From NCBI GenBank assembly GCA_017439425.1, contig JAFSJE010000008.1, forward strand, positions 1,069 to 65,068: a stretch of 64,000 bases of DNA, read 5' to 3'. Both the position numbers and the translations under genes were made by a program. The DNA comes from Oscillospiraceae bacterium. GTDB lineage: Bacteria; Bacillota; Clostridia; Oscillospirales; Oscillospiraceae. Within the stretch, counting starts at the first letter, position 1. Each line of letters starts with the position of its first letter. Under the pieces are notes generated by a model. That model saw nothing but the letters and a program-made list of their open reading frames with translations. It had not been told where the DNA came from and searched no databases. Below, in pieces: positions 34,226 through 44,603 of the stretch.

Positions 34226-35026
34226 TTACCACCTGAACGAGGCTATGTAGTCCACGCCCTCCGGCGCGCTCACGCCGGGTTCGCCAAGCTCAAAGCGCGG
34301 CTCAAAGCCCATCTCGCGCATCGCAAGCTCAAAGTGACAGAGCGCGATGCCGAGGTCGATTTTCTGCATATCCCAGCCCGTTCCGGCGCCGTAGCCGCGC
34401 GCGTGCTTAATGTAAAAATGCGCGGCGTTTTCCTCTATCACAACTCTCCACGGCTGTTTATTTACCGCCGATGGCGCGAGCCGCACCGCCTCGAGCGCGT
34501 CACTTATAGCGCCGCCGTCTGCAAGAGGCTTGTCGAACGCGCCGTCAAAGAAGATCTCACCGAAGCTGAGGCGCGTATCCGCCTTGATGCCCGCGCGCAT
34601 CATGCCCTCGCGAATGCTCATTTTCTTCGCGGGGTAGCCAAGCGGGCTCATGCAGGGCATGACCTCGCCGCTCTCAAGCCCCATCGCGCGCTCAAACGCG
34701 CCTCTGTCCATCGTTCCGGCGATTATCGTAGTGCCGACGCCGAGCTCTTCGCAGAGAAGCACTATTTTCTCAAAGGAGTAGCCGAACGCCTCCTCGGCGT
34801 GCTCAGTGCGGCGCATTTTTCCCGCGATAAAGCGCTGTGCGCCCACGATCACCGGGCTTGAAAGCCCATCACCGGCGCTGAGAATGCGCCATTCTATCGG
34901 AATGCTGTATGGATTTGAGGCGCTTTTCGCGCACTCTTCGATTTTCTCTATATCCCCGGCGCGAAGATCTGCGCCGTCGAAGGTTCGGACGCTGCGGCGC
35001 GCGCGGATTGTGTCAAGTATGCTCAT
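34226..35026 (-). CDS. nitroreductase family protein
   Basis: 266 aa. TIRARRSVRTF at the N-terminus and APSAVNKQPWR are classical nitroreductase motifs. Confidence 0.8.
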   Translation of the reverse strand: MSILDTIRARRSVRTFDGADLRAGDIEKIEECAKSASNPYSIPIEWRILSAGDGLSSPVIVGAQRFIAGKMRRTEHAEEAFGYSFEKIVLLCEELGVGTTIIAGTMDRGAFERAMGLESGEVMPCMSPLGYPAKKMSIREGMMRAGIKADTRLSFGEIFFDGAFDKPLADGGAISDALEAVRLAPSAVNKQPWRVVIEENAAHFYIKHARGYGAGTGWDMQKIDLGIALCHFELAMREMGFEPRFELGEPGVSAPEGVDYIASFRW

Positions 35027-35071
35027 AGCTCAACCTCTTTTTGTGTTTTGCTATATTATATCGCGCGCAAT

Positions 35072-35515
35072 CTATCTTGTCAACCCGATGAGCCACAAAA
35101 CCACGCCGTAGGCGACGGAGGCGAGGGTGCCGTAGACGATGACCGGCCCCGCGATAGAGAACATCTTGACGGCTGTGCCTGTGATGAGCCCCTCGGTTCG
35201 GAATTCGAGCGCCGGAGCGCAGATCGCGTTGGAGAAGCCCGTGATCGGCACAAGGGTTCCCGCGCCTGCGTGCTTTGCGATCTTATCATAAACCCCGAGC
35301 GCGGTCAGGAGCGCTCCGAGTCCGACGAGAGTCACGCTTGTGAGCGTTCCGGCGGCGATCTCATCGGCAAGCATAAGCCAGAAGCCGCGAATGAGCTGTC
35401 CGACAACGCATATCGCGCCTCCGATAAAAAATGCCTTCATCACGTTGAGCGCCGTTTTGGACTTCGGCGCGCGTTTTTCAACTAATTTCGCGTACTGCGC
35501 GTTTGTCATCTGCAT
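35072..35515 (-). CDS. spoVAC: stage V sporulation protein AC
   Basis: 147 aa. ..FFIGGAICVVGQ..GAGTLVPITGFSNA..GPVIVYG.. matches SpoVAC closely. Confidence 0.85.
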   Translation of the reverse strand: MQMTNAQYAKLVEKRAPKSKTALNVMKAFFIGGAICVVGQLIRGFWLMLADEIAAGTLTSVTLVGLGALLTALGVYDKIAKHAGAGTLVPITGFSNAICAPALEFRTEGLITGTAVKMFSIAGPVIVYGTLASVAYGVVLWLIGLTR

Positions 35516-35533
35516 ATATAATCACCCAATGGG

Positions 35534-35562
35534 TATTATGCGCGGAATATATTTTTTTATGT
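35534..35562 (-). promoter_or_regulatory. forespore sigma-G/F-like promoter candidate upstream of spoVAC
   Basis: On the minus strand: ACATA (35562-35558), 17-nt spacer, CATAATA (35540-35534). Compared with the remembered sigma-G consensus GHATR-17/18-CAHWHTA. Confidence 0.35.
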
Positions 35563-35621
35563 ACTGCGGTTAAGCTGATCTGCGGTTGGTCGACCACCGC
35601 ACAATAAATTAATGCGAATAT

Positions 35622-35652
35622 AATAAAACCCCCCGGGAGTTTTCCCAGGGGG
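35622..35652 (-). terminator. intrinsic terminator ending the ribosomal superoperon (after rplQ)
   Basis: On the minus strand CCCCCUGGG/CCCGGGGGG forms 9 bp (one G-U) with loop AAAACU, followed by TTTTATTAT. Confidence 0.75.
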
Positions 35653-35671
35653 TCTCGTCTTTAATTAAGCC

Positions 35672-36013
35672 TTATACGAGCTCAACAACGCCCATCTCGG
35701 CGCTGTCGCCGCGGCGAACGCCGGTGCGGGTTACTCTCGTGTAGCCGCCTTCGCGGTCTGCATACTTGGTAGCGAGCTCAGCGAAAACCTTGGTCACGAC
35801 GTCCTCGCGGGTAATGAACGCGAGTGCCTGACGGCGGGAAGCAAGAGTGTTCTTCTTGCCCAGAGTTATCATCTTCTCGGCGAGGGGAGCGATCTCCTTG
35901 CAGCGGGAGATGGTGGTCTCCATCTTGCCAGTATCAAGGAAGTCGGTGACCTGCTGGCGGAGCATCGCCATGCGCTGATCGGTGGTCTTGCCGAGCTTAC
36001 GGGGTCCGGTCAT
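35672..36013 (-). CDS. rplQ: 50S ribosomal protein L17
   Basis: 113 aa with ..RKLGKTTDQR..GGYTRV..RRGD..VELV. It is the last gene of the alpha operon. Confidence 0.95.
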   Translation of the reverse strand: MTGPRKLGKTTDQRMAMLRQQVTDFLDTGKMETTISRCKEIAPLAEKMITLGKKNTLASRRQALAFITREDVVTKVFAELATKYADREGGYTRVTRTGVRRGDSAEMGVVELV

Positions 36014-36052
36014 TGGTATTTTCCTCCTTTACAGAAAGATCAGTTCAAACTT

Positions 36053-37003
36053 TTAGTTATCCTCGGAAGCGAGGCTCAGTCCCATCATTGCGAGCTTGTG
36101 TACAACTTCCTCAAGGGACTTATGTCCGAGGTTGCGCACCTTGATCATCTCGGACTCGGTCTTCTGAACGAGCTCCTCGACGGTGTTGATGTTGGCGCGC
36201 TTGAGGCAGTTGAAGCTGCGGACGGAGAGGTCGAGCTCTTCGATAGTCATCTCGAGGACCTTGTCGCGCTGGGTCTCGGCCTTCTCGACGACAAGGCTCT
36301 TGGAGCCGGCGGTCTCGGAGAGGTCGGTGAACAGCGTGAAGTGGTCGCAGAGGATCTTGGCGCCGAGGGAAACAGCGTCTCTCGCGGAGATGGTTCTGTC
36401 GGTCCAGACCTCAAGGGTGAGCTTATCGAAGTCCGTCATGTTACCAACGCGGGTATTCTCGACGGAGTAATTGACCTTCGTGACGGGGGTATAGATGGAG
36501 TCGACGGGGATCACGCCGATGGCGGGCTGCTTCATCGCCTTGTTGCGCTCGGCGGAAACATAGCCGCGGCCGTGGTCAAGCGTAAGCTCCATGCGGATGT
36601 TGGCATCGGCGGCAAGCGTGCAGATGTGGAGCTCCGGATTGAGGATCTCGACGTCGCTGTCCGTCTTGATGTCACCCGCGGTGACCTCGCCCTCGCCTGT
36701 GGCATCGATAAATACGGTCTTCTCGCCGTCGGAGTGCAGCTTTGCGATGATGCTCTTGAGGTTCAGAACGATCTCAGTGACGTCTTCCTTGACGCCGGGG
36801 ATCGTGGTGAACTCGTGCTGGACGCCATTGATCTTAACGCTCGTAATGGCGGTGCCGGGCAGCGAGGAGAGCAGGATGCGTCTGAGCGCGTTGCCGAGGG
36901 TTATACCGTAGCCGCGCTCGAGCGGCTCCACGACGTATTTGCCGTAGGAGTCGTCGCCGGGCGTTTCTTCGCATTCGATGCGGGGCTTTTCAATTTCTAT
37001 CAC
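36053..37003 (-). CDS. rpoA: DNA-directed RNA polymerase subunit alpha
   Basis: 316 aa. [27 protein letters not shown].. plus a C-terminal domain with [15 protein letters not shown]. Confidence 0.97.
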   Translation of the reverse strand: MIEIEKPRIECEETPGDDSYGKYVVEPLERGYGITLGNALRRILLSSLPGTAITSVKINGVQHEFTTIPGVKEDVTEIVLNLKSIIAKLHSDGEKTVFIDATGEGEVTAGDIKTDSDVEILNPELHICTLAADANIRMELTLDHGRGYVSAERNKAMKQPAIGVIPVDSIYTPVTKVNYSVENTRVGNMTDFDKLTLEVWTDRTISARDAVSLGAKILCDHFTLFTDLSETAGSKSLVVEKAETQRDKVLEMTIEELDLSVRSFNCLKRANINTVEELVQKTESEMIKVRNLGHKSLEEVVHKLAMMGLSLASEDN

Positions 37004-37074
37004 TAATTATTACCCTCCTTAAAAATGTGCCGATAAAGCGGCGGTAGATGCGGAATACTGAGGGCTCAAAGCGA

Positions 37075-37686
37075 TTACTTGGAGTACAACTCGACGATGA
37101 GGTGCTCTGCGACCTCGAAGTCGATATCATCTCTCGCGGGCATCGCTACGACCTTGCCTTCGCCCTTGTTGGCATCGTAATCGAGCCACTTCGGTACGTT
37201 GCGGAAGGAATCGGCCTCCATCATAGCCTTGAACTTGGGAAGGCTGCGGCTGGACTCCTTGACGCCGATAGTCATACCGGGCTTTACGAGGAAGGAGGGG
37301 ATGTTGCACTTGTGTCCGTCAACGGTGAAGTGACCGTGGTTGACGAGCTGGCGGGCCTCCTTGCGGGTATTGGCAAGACCAAGGCGATAGATAACGTTGT
37401 CGAGACGGCGCTCGATGGTGGTGAGGAGGACCTCACCGGTTACACCTGCGGAGCGCTCCGCCTTCTCATAGTAAGCGCGGAACTGTCTCTCGAGGATGCC
37501 GTAAATGAACTTGACCTTCTGCTTTTCGTTGAGCTGGATAGCGTACTCGCTCTTCTTAGCTCTTCTCTGCGCGCCGGGGTTGCGCTTGGTGGAAGTGGAC
37601 TTGGACTTCTCAGTGTAACCCATAACGGCGGGCGAAATGCCAAGCGCACGGCAGCGCTTGACGATGGGCTGCATATTCTTTGCCAT
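37075..37686 (-). CDS. rpsD: 30S ribosomal protein S4
   Basis: 203 aa. Contains ..RLDNVIYRLGLA.TR.EARQLV.HGH.. and sits in conserved operon position. Confidence 0.95.
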   Translation of the reverse strand: MAKNMQPIVKRCRALGISPAVMGYTEKSKSTSTKRNPGAQRRAKKSEYAIQLNEKQKVKFIYGILERQFRAYYEKAERSAGVTGEVLLTTIERRLDNVIYRLGLANTRKEARQLVNHGHFTVDGHKCNIPSFLVKPGMTIGVKESSRSLPKFKAMMEADSFRNVPKWLDYDANKGEGKVVAMPARDDIDFEVAEHLIVELYSK

Positions 37687-37707
37687 CTTACTTTCTCCTT
37701 TCCGTTA

Positions 37708-38112
37708 TTAGACTCTGCGGCGCTTGGGCGGACGGCAGCCATTGTGGGGGATCGGGGTAACGTCCTTGATGAGGGTTACCTCGAGACCGACGGTCTGCAG
37801 TGCGCGGATAGCGGCCTCGCGTCCGGAGCCGGGGCCCTTTACATAGACCTCAACGGTCTTAAGACCGTGCTCCATAGCAGCCTTCGCAGCAGTCTCGGCG
37901 GCGGTCTGAGCGGCGAACGGGGTGGACTTTCTGGATCCACGGAAGCCCATTCCGCCGGCAGTCGCCCAGCTGAGCGCGTTACCGTTCATATCGGTAACGG
38001 TTACCATTGTGTTATTGAAGCTGGAGCTGATATGCACCTGACCCTTTTCGATATTCTTTCTCTCGCGGCGTCTGGTTCTTACCTTGCCCTTGACCTGTTT
38101 CTGTGCAGCCAT
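37708..38112 (-). CDS. rpsK: 30S ribosomal protein S11
   Basis: 134 aa with ..[25 protein letters not shown].. Confidence 0.95.
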   Translation of the reverse strand: MAAQKQVKGKVRTRRRERKNIEKGQVHISSSFNNTMVTVTDMNGNALSWATAGGMGFRGSRKSTPFAAQTAAETAAKAAMEHGLKTVEVYVKGPGSGREAAIRALQTVGLEVTLIKDVTPIPHNGCRPPKRRRV

Positions 38113-38127
38113 GTGTATATCCCTCCC

Positions 38128-38496
38128 TTACTTCTTCTTGTTAGCGATCGTGCGTTTCGGGCCCTTGCGGGTGCGCGCGTTCGTCTTGGATCTCTGACCG
38201 CGAACGGGAAGACCTCTGCGATGGCGATTGCCACGGTAGCAGCCGATCTCGGTCAGGCGCTTGATATCGAGTGCGACGGCACGGCGGAGGTCGCCCTCAA
38301 CTACGTAATTCTTGTCGATGACCTCGCGGAGTGCTGCCTCCTGGTCTTCGGTGAGGTCCTTGACGCGGGTATCGGGATCGATACCGGTGGCCTCGAGTAT
38401 TTTCTTTGCACTTGTTCTGCCGATGCCGTAAACATAAGTGAGGCCGATCTCGATCCTCTTCTCACGGGGCAGGTCAACGCCGGATATTCTTGCCAT
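38128..38496 (-). CDS. rpsM: 30S ribosomal protein S13
   Basis: 122 aa. Begins [26 protein letters not shown]. Confidence 0.95.
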   Translation of the reverse strand: MARISGVDLPREKRIEIGLTYVYGIGRTSAKKILEATGIDPDTRVKDLTEDQEAALREVIDKNYVVEGDLRRAVALDIKRLTEIGCYRGNRHRRGLPVRGQRSKTNARTRKGPKRTIANKKK

Positions 38497-38517
38497 AACT
38501 TAGCTTAGTCTCCTTTC

Positions 38518-38637
<120 letters not shown>

Positions 38638-38700
38638 TTACCTTCCTTTCATCTGAGGCGAATTTAACTTCTGTGGGTTGTTTGTTGTAATGTATCAGGA

Positions 38701-38919
38701 TTACTTGCTTCTCCAGGTGATTCTTCCGCGAGTCAGATCATACGGGCTCATCTGAACCGTGACCTTATCGCCGGGCAGTATCCTGATGAAATTCATACGA
38801 AGCTTGCCGGAAATATGCGCCAGAATCACGTGCCCATTGCCGATATCGACCTTGAACATCGTATTCGGAAGCGACTCAACTACGGTACCCTCGATCTCAA
38901 TTTCGTCCGATTTTGCCAC
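38701..38919 (-). CDS. infA: translation initiation factor IF-1
   Basis: GTG start at 38919 after GGAGGT. (M)[32 protein letters not shown] is the S1-like IF-1 sequence. Confidence 0.92.
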   Translation of the reverse strand: MAKSDEIEIEGTVVESLPNTMFKVDIGNGHVILAHISGKLRMNFIRILPGDKVTVQMSPYDLTRGRITWRSK

Positions 38920-38933
38920 TCTGCATACCTCCT

Positions 38934-39203
38934 TTACGCTTCGGAGCTGCCGCACATATCTGCGATCGCTCTTCTGATTTCGCTATTCGTCACTCTCTCA
39001 CCCTGACGGAGCTTTTCTGCGGTTCTGCCGCTGCTCACCGTCAAAAATTCGAGGTGTTTTACCTTCTTGCGCTTGGGATTTTCGAGGCGCCTGCCCCGTC
39101 CGTCCGCAATAAGCGCCATTTCTCCGTCCACTCCGACGACGAAGAACGCTTTTCCGGCGTCCCTGCCGTTTATCGAGCGGACCAAGTCTGAAATCTGAAC
39201 CAT
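38934..39203 (-). CDS. KOW-domain RNA-binding protein (between map and infA)
   Basis: Starts at [24 protein letters not shown] (ATG at 39203). This small conserved gene sits at the same position in many Firmicutes. Confidence 0.7.
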   Translation of the reverse strand: MVQISDLVRSINGRDAGKAFFVVGVDGEMALIADGRGRRLENPKRKKVKHLEFLTVSSGRTAEKLRQGERVTNSEIRRAIADMCGSSEA

Positions 39204-39205
39204 AT

Positions 39206-39967
39206 TCAGATTTCCTCCTCGCAAACAGTCAGGAGCTCAGGCTCCCCGTCCGTGATGAGAAGTGAGTTTTCATAGTGCGCCGCCATGGAGCCGTCGACAG
39301 TTACGACAGTCCAATCGTTATCCAGCACCCTCACGGCGTAGCCTCCGGCGCAAACCATCGGCTCGACCGCGATCGTCATACCCTTGACGAGTCTGGGACC
39401 GTGTCCCGGCACGCCGTAGTTGGGTACCTCGGGATCCTCGTGAAGCACAGCGCCCACGCCGTGACCGACGTAATCGCGCACAACGGAAAATCCGTTCGCT
39501 TCAACATATTTCTGGACGGCAGCTCCGATATCGGAGACCCGGCAGCCAGGTCTGGCAAATTTGATGCCCTCGAAAAAGCTCTGTCGTGTGACTTCGACGA
39601 GCCTCTTCGCCTCCTCGGTAGCAGTGCCTGCAATGAACGTGGCGGCACAGTCGCCCACGAAGCCATCCTTCGTAGCTCCGACGTCGATCTTGACAAGATC
39701 GCCGTCCCTGATCACACGCGGTCCCGGGATGCCGTGGATCACCTCGTCGTTTATCGAGATGCACACGCTCTTTGGAAAGCCGCCGTAGTGGAGAAAGGTC
39801 GGAGTAGCTCCCTGCGACTTGATAAATGCCTTTACTGCCTTGTCTATTTCAAGGGTTGTTACGCCGGGGACTACCATTTTGCCCGCTAATGCACGGGCCG
39901 CCGCGGTAATTCGTCCCGCACGGCGCATGAGCTCGACTTCCTTCGGCGATTTGACTCTGATCATCAA
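39206..39967 (-). CDS. map: type I methionyl aminopeptidase
   Basis: 253 aa with ..INDEVIHGIP..GDLVKIDVGA..GHGVG..HE.P.. metal-ligand motifs. Confidence 0.95.
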   Translation of the reverse strand: MMIRVKSPKEVELMRRAGRITAAARALAGKMVVPGVTTLEIDKAVKAFIKSQGATPTFLHYGGFPKSVCISINDEVIHGIPGPRVIRDGDLVKIDVGATKDGFVGDCAATFIAGTATEEAKRLVEVTRQSFFEGIKFARPGCRVSDIGAAVQKYVEANGFSVVRDYVGHGVGAVLHEDPEVPNYGVPGHGPRLVKGMTIAVEPMVCAGGYAVRVLDNDWTVVTVDGSMAAHYENSLLITDGEPELLTVCEEEI

Positions 39968-40599
39968 ATAGCCTCCAGCTTCGAGAGAATTGAGGCCGAG
40001 GTGTGCTCGGGGTCCTGAGTGCCGTCGATCTTGACAAGAAGTCCGAGGTCGTCATAGAACTTGAGGAGCGGTTCGGTCTCGCGGTGATAAACCTCAAGGC
40101 GATGATTTACGGTCTCCGGAGTGTCGTCCTTGCGGATCGTCAGGCGGGCGCCGCAGTGGTCGCACACACCCTCCGTCTTGGGAGGGTTGTAGAGAACGTG
40201 GAAGGTGCCGCCGCAATCGGGGCAGGTGCGTCTTCCGGTCATACGCTGGCTTATCACCTCGTCGGGAACGTCGATGTCGATTACGGCGTCGATGTGGATC
40301 CCGGCGTCCTTGATGGCGTTTGCCTGCGCAAGAGTGCGGGGCACGCCGTCAAGAATGTAGCCCTTCGCGCAGTCGTCGTGCTGGAGTCTCTCCTGGAGGA
40401 TACCTATTATAATATCGTCCGAGACAAGACTGCCGGCCTCGATGAGCGCCTTGGCTTTAAGTCCCACGGGCGTGCCGGCTTTAACGGCAGCCCGCAGGAT
40501 ATTGCCTGTGGAGATAGTGGGGATGCCGAGCTTCTCGGAGAGTATCTCGGCCTGGGTGCCTTTGCCCGCACCCGGGGCGCCCATAAGAATAAGCTTCAT
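39964..40599 (-). CDS. adk: adenylate kinase (zinc-lid type)
   Basis: P-loop MKLILMGAPGAGKGTQA. The lid carries CPDCG..CDHCG. Confidence 0.95.
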   Translation of the reverse strand: MKLILMGAPGAGKGTQAEILSEKLGIPTISTGNILRAAVKAGTPVGLKAKALIEAGSLVSDDIIIGILQERLQHDDCAKGYILDGVPRTLAQANAIKDAGIHIDAVIDIDVPDEVISQRMTGRRTCPDCGGTFHVLYNPPKTEGVCDHCGARLTIRKDDTPETVNHRLEVYHRETEPLLKFYDDLGLLVKIDGTQDPEHTSASILSKLEAI

Positions 40600-40615
40600 A
40601 GCTTTTCCCTCTTAA

Positions 40616-41923
40616 TTATTCAAGAAAGCCCTTGTAATTGCGCATTACCATCTGAGCCTCCATGCCCTTGACGGTTTCAAGCGCAACGCCTACGAGAATG
40701 ATGAGGGAGGTGCCGCCGACAGCGATTCCGCTGCGCGCGGCAGTCTCGCTCACCGCGTTTACGATAAGCGGGACGATGGCGACGATACCGAGGTAAACGG
40801 CGCCGAAGAGGGTCACCTTGTTCAGAACCTTCGCAATGAAGTCCGAAGTCGGTCTGCCCGGACGGAAGCCGGGGATATAACCGCCGTTGTTGCGGAGGTT
40901 ATTCGAGACCTCGACGGGGTTGAACTGGATCGTGGAGTAGAAATAGCTGAAGAAGATGATGAGCAGGAAGTAGATGACCATGTAGAGAACGGTGTTGGTG
41001 TCGAACACGGTCAGAAGTCCGCCCCAGAAGCCGCCGGAATCCTTGGTCTTGCCGACGAAGGCGGCGATGGTTGCGGGCAGGGATGCGATAGACTGGGCAA
41101 AGATGACGGGCAGAACGCCGGACATATTTACCTTGAGGGGCAGGTGAGTGGCCTGGCCGCCGTAGACCTTGCGGCCGACGACTCTCTTGGAGTACTGAAC
41201 GGGGATTCTTCTCTCAGCCTCGGTTACGATGACGATAAGAACGATCATCGCGATAGCGCCGATGAGCACTCCGAGGTAGATGAGGAGGTACTTCCACCAC
41301 TCAGCGCCGGCAGAGGTGACGGTGCCGATCGCGGAGACGAAGGCGACCGGAACGCGGCTGACGATACCTACGAAGAGGATGATCGAAATGCCGTTGCCGA
41401 TGCCGAACTCAGTGATCTGCTCGCCCATCCACATGATGATGGAGGAGCCTGCCACGAGGGTCATAACGATAACGATAGCTTCCCAGATTCCGCTGGTGGA
41501 AACGAGGCCGTTGGCGCGGCAGATGGTGTAGTAGCCGATGCCCTGGAGAAGAGCGAGGCCCACGGTGGAATAGCGGGTGATGCGCTCGATCTTCTTCTTG
41601 CCCTCCTCGCCGCCCTCCTTGGAGAGTCTCTCAAGGGCGGGGATGGCGATGGTGAGAAGCTGGATGATAATGCTTGCGTTGATATAAGGCTGGATCGAGA
41701 GGGCGAAAACGGTAGCCTGTGAGAAGGAGCTTCCGCTCATGACGTTGTAAAGTCCGAGGACGGTGTTGGAGAACTGATCAAAGTACGCAGCGAGGAGCTC
41801 GCGGTTGATGTAGGGAACAGGAACCGCGTTACCAAGTCTGTACAGGAGGATCATGAAAAGCGTAAAGAGGATCTTCTTGCGCAGGTCAATGATCTTCCAT
41901 GCGTTACGCAATGTTTTCAGCAC
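40616..41923 (-). CDS. secY: preprotein translocase subunit SecY
   Basis: 435 aa, 10 TM segments, in conserved position after rplO. Confidence 0.95.
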   Translation of the reverse strand: MLKTLRNAWKIIDLRKKILFTLFMILLYRLGNAVPVPYINRELLAAYFDQFSNTVLGLYNVMSGSSFSQATVFALSIQPYINASIIIQLLTIAIPALERLSKEGGEEGKKKIERITRYSTVGLALLQGIGYYTICRANGLVSTSGIWEAIVIVMTLVAGSSIIMWMGEQITEFGIGNGISIILFVGIVSRVPVAFVSAIGTVTSAGAEWWKYLLIYLGVLIGAIAMIVLIVIVTEAERRIPVQYSKRVVGRKVYGGQATHLPLKVNMSGVLPVIFAQSIASLPATIAAFVGKTKDSGGFWGGLLTVFDTNTVLYMVIYFLLIIFFSYFYSTIQFNPVEVSNNLRNNGGYIPGFRPGRPTSDFIAKVLNKVTLFGAVYLGIVAIVPLIVNAVSETAARSGIAVGGTSLIILVGVALETVKGMEAQMVMRNYKGFLE

Positions 41924-41924
41924 T

Positions 41925-42365
41925 TCAGATCACCTCGGCCTTTCCTCCGGCTTTCTCGATCTTCTCCTTTGCGCTCTCGGAGAAGGCGCTGGCCTTAACG
42001 GTAAGCTTCTTGGTGAGCTCGCCGCCTCCAAGTACCTTGAATCCGTACTTGCAGTGGGAGATGATGCCCTTCTCGATGAGAGCGTTGACGTCTACGACGG
42101 CGCCATCCTCAAATCTCTCGAGCATGCTGACGTTGATGGAGTCAAGGGGCTTAGCGAAGATATTGTTGAAGCCTCTCTTCGGGATACGGCGGGCGAGAGG
42201 CATCTGGCCTCCCTCAAATCCTACGCGGACTCCGCCGCCGCTTCTGGCCTTCTGGCCCTTATGGCCGCGGCCGCCGGTCTTGCCGTTGCCGGTTCCGATT
42301 CCTCTGCCCTTGCGCTTAGCAACGTGAGTGCTGCCGAGGGCGGGAGAAAGATCTGATAATTTCAT
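41925..42365 (-). CDS. rplO: 50S ribosomal protein L15
   Basis: 146 aa with ..[27 protein letters not shown].. Confidence 0.95.
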   Translation of the reverse strand: MKLSDLSPALGSTHVAKRKGRGIGTGNGKTGGRGHKGQKARSGGGVRVGFEGGQMPLARRIPKRGFNNIFAKPLDSINVSMLERFEDGAVVDVNALIEKGIISHCKYGFKVLGGGELTKKLTVKASAFSESAKEKIEKAGGKAEVI

Positions 42366-42379
42366 CGACAGTTACCTCC

Positions 42380-42562
42380 TTACTTTACTTCCTCGACCTT
42401 GACAAGATAGCCGATCTTGGCGAGCTTGCCCTGGGTCTGGGGGTTTACGGGCTGAACAGTCTCGTCGCCGATCTTGCGGAGGCCGAGGCTTTCAGCAGTC
42501 GCGATGTGCTTCTGGAGTCTGCCGTTGAGGCTCTTTACGAGCGTGATTTTAACATTAGCCAT
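42380..42562 (-). CDS. rpmD: 50S ribosomal protein L30
   Basis: 60 aa. MANVKITLVKSLNGRLQKH..LGLRKIG.. Confidence 0.93.
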   Translation of the reverse strand: MANVKITLVKSLNGRLQKHIATAESLGLRKIGDETVQPVNPQTQGKLAKIGYLVKVEEVK

Positions 42563-42575
42563 TTCTGCGTCCTCC

Positions 42576-43127
42576 TTAGCCCGCGATCTCGGAGACGTCC
42601 TTGCCGCGGCGGGCAGCTACCTGCTCGGCGTTGCGAAGGCTCTTGAGGCCCTCGAAGGTTGCGGCTACGACGTTGGCGGGATTATTGGAGCGGAGGCACT
42701 TTGTACGGATGTCGGAAATTCCGGCTGCCTCCATTACTGCACGAACTGCACCGCCGGCGATAACGCCGGTACCTTCGGGAGCCGGCTTGAGCAGGACTTT
42801 GCCTGCGCCGAACTCGCCGATAACCTCGTGGGGAATGCTGGTTCCCTGGAGGGTGACGGTGACGAAGTGCTTCTTGGCATCCTCGATGCCCTTGCGGATC
42901 GCCTCGGAGACCTCAGCGGCCTTGCCGAGACCGAAGCCTACCTTGCCCTTGCCGTCGCCGATGACGACGAGAGCGGAGAACTTCATAATGCGACCGCCCT
43001 TGACGGTCTTTGATACGCGGTTGAGAGAGACGACCTTTTCGATGTACTCGCTCTTCGGCTCTTCTCTTCTCTCGCGGCGATCACGGCGCTCGCGGCGCTC
43101 GTTATTGTTGTTATTTTCGTAAGGCAT
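42576..43127 (-). CDS. rpsE: 30S ribosomal protein S5 (with N/R/E-rich N-terminal extension)
   Basis: 183 aa. The core ..[34 protein letters not shown] is preceded by [23 protein letters not shown]. Confidence 0.95.
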   Translation of the reverse strand: MPYENNNNNERRERRDRRERREEPKSEYIEKVVSLNRVSKTVKGGRIMKFSALVVIGDGKGKVGFGLGKAAEVSEAIRKGIEDAKKHFVTVTLQGTSIPHEVIGEFGAGKVLLKPAPEGTGVIAGGAVRAVMEAAGISDIRTKCLRSNNPANVVAATFEGLKSLRNAEQVAARRGKDVSEIAG

Positions 43128-43144
43128 TCTCGTTTTCTCCTCTC

Positions 43145-43504
43145 TCAGAACTCGAGGCCGCCCTCGCGGGCGCCTTCTGCGAGCTCCTGAACTCTGCCGT
43201 GGTAGACGTAGCCGCCGCGGTCAAAAACGACAGCCTTGATTCCGGCCTTAACAGCTCTCTCTGCAAGGATCTTGCCGACCTTGCGGGCAGCTTCCTTGTT
43301 TCCGCCGTAACCGTCAAAATCCTTCTCGAGCGTGTTGGCGCTGACGAGGGTCTTACCGGCGACGTCGTCGATGATCTGAGCATAGATGTTCTGCTTGGAG
43401 CGGAAAACGTTGAGTCTGGGTCTCTCGGGGGTGCCGGAGATCTTTGCCCTGACTCTTATATGTCTCTTAATGCGCTGTGCATTAGTGTCGGGTCTTTTTA
43501 TCAT
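43145..43504 (-). CDS. rplR: 50S ribosomal protein L18
   Basis: 119 aa with ..[37 protein letters not shown]. Confidence 0.95.
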   Translation of the reverse strand: MIKRPDTNAQRIKRHIRVRAKISGTPERPRLNVFRSKQNIYAQIIDDVAGKTLVSANTLEKDFDGYGGNKEAARKVGKILAERAVKAGIKAVVFDRGGYVYHGRVQELAEGAREGGLEF

Positions 43505-43520
43505 TTAGGCACACCTCCTT

Positions 43521-44060
43521 TTATTTACCTGTTTTTCCTTCTTTACGACGGATGAACTCGTCGACGTACTTGATGCCCTTGCCCTTATACGGCTCAGGAG
43601 GACGCTTGCCGCGGAGATCCGCTGCGAACTGACCAACGAGCTGCTTATCGGCGCCCTTGATGTTGATGTGGTTGGGATCGGGTACTTCGATGGTGATTCC
43701 GTCGACCTCAGGCATGATGACCTGATGGGAAAAACCGAGGTTCATAACGAGGTTCTTGCCCTCTTTCGCGGCCCTGTAACCGACGCCGTTGACCTCAAGC
43801 TTCTTCTCAAAGCCCTCGGTAACACCGACGACCATGTTGTGAAGCAGGCTGCGGGTCAGACCGTGAAGAGCACGGTTCTCTTTCTCGTCGTTCGGGCGCT
43901 TGACGTGGAGGACAGCGCCGTCATTCTCGATTGTCATAGCGGGGCAGAGGCTCTTAGTAAGCTCGCCCTTGGGTCCCTTAACGGTAACTACGTTGCCCTC
44001 GCCAACGGTGACGGTTACGCCTGCCGGAATGGCGATGGGGGCTCTTCCAATTCGACTCAT
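43521..44060 (-). CDS. rplF: 50S ribosomal protein L6
   Basis: 179 aa. MSRIGRAPIAIPAGVTVTV.. Confidence 0.95.
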   Translation of the reverse strand: MSRIGRAPIAIPAGVTVTVGEGNVVTVKGPKGELTKSLCPAMTIENDGAVLHVKRPNDEKENRALHGLTRSLLHNMVVGVTEGFEKKLEVNGVGYRAAKEGKNLVMNLGFSHQVIMPEVDGITIEVPDPNHINIKGADKQLVGQFAADLRGKRPPEPYKGKGIKYVDEFIRRKEGKTGK

Positions 44061-44072
44061 TTTACTACCTCC

Positions 44073-44468
44073 TTACCATACGAACGCAAGGACTTCGCCG
44101 CCGACGTGCTCAGCGCGAGCCTTTTTGTCGGTCATGACGCCCTTGGAGGTGGAGATGATCGCGGTGCCGAGTCCCTTGAGGACGTAGGGGATCTCCTCGG
44201 TGCCGGCGTAAACGCGAAGACCGGGCTTCGATACGCGGCGGAGGCCCTGGATTACCTTCTCACCCTGGTTGTACTTGAGAGTAACTTTGATAACTCCCTG
44301 ACCGCCGTCAGCGACGATCTGGTAGTTCTTGATGTATCCCTCGTCCAGAAGGATCTGAACGATCGCCTTCTTCATGTTGGAGGCGGGGATATCAACGGTT
44401 GCGTGCTTTGCGGTGTTAGCGTTCCTGATTCTGGTCAGCATATCCGCAATGGGGTCTGTGATCTGCAT
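44073..44468 (-). CDS. rpsH: 30S ribosomal protein S8
   Basis: 131 aa. [17 protein letters not shown].. and a C-terminal ..GGEVLAFVW. Confidence 0.95.
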   Translation of the reverse strand: MQITDPIADMLTRIRNANTAKHATVDIPASNMKKAIVQILLDEGYIKNYQIVADGGQGVIKVTLKYNQGEKVIQGLRRVSKPGLRVYAGTEEIPYVLKGLGTAIISTSKGVMTDKKARAEHVGGEVLAFVW

Positions 44469-44574
44469 AACTGGATTTTCCTCCTATATTGAAGTTGCTT
44501 CTCATTTAAGAAGCTCCGGCGGCGAGGTATCCGGGATAATACTTTGTGGATTACCCCAGACCTTTCGCCATCCG

Positions 44575-44603
44575 ATAATCGGATTTTTCCTAAAATCCGT
44601 CAA
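44575..44603 (-). promoter_or_regulatory. candidate internal promoter in the rpsN-rpsH spacer
   Basis: On the minus strand: TTGACG (44603-44598), 17-nt spacer, GATTAT (44580-44575). The -10 is weak. Confidence 0.25.

Noticed and set aside
37048-38508. Long plus-strand ORFs antisense to ribosomal genes (also 45562-46782, 48316-49605, 49965-50954, 36098-37006, 40003-40671)
   Set aside because: They lie opposite universally conserved ribosomal protein, adk and rpoA genes, and their composition is the typical antisense G/A/L/D/V bias.
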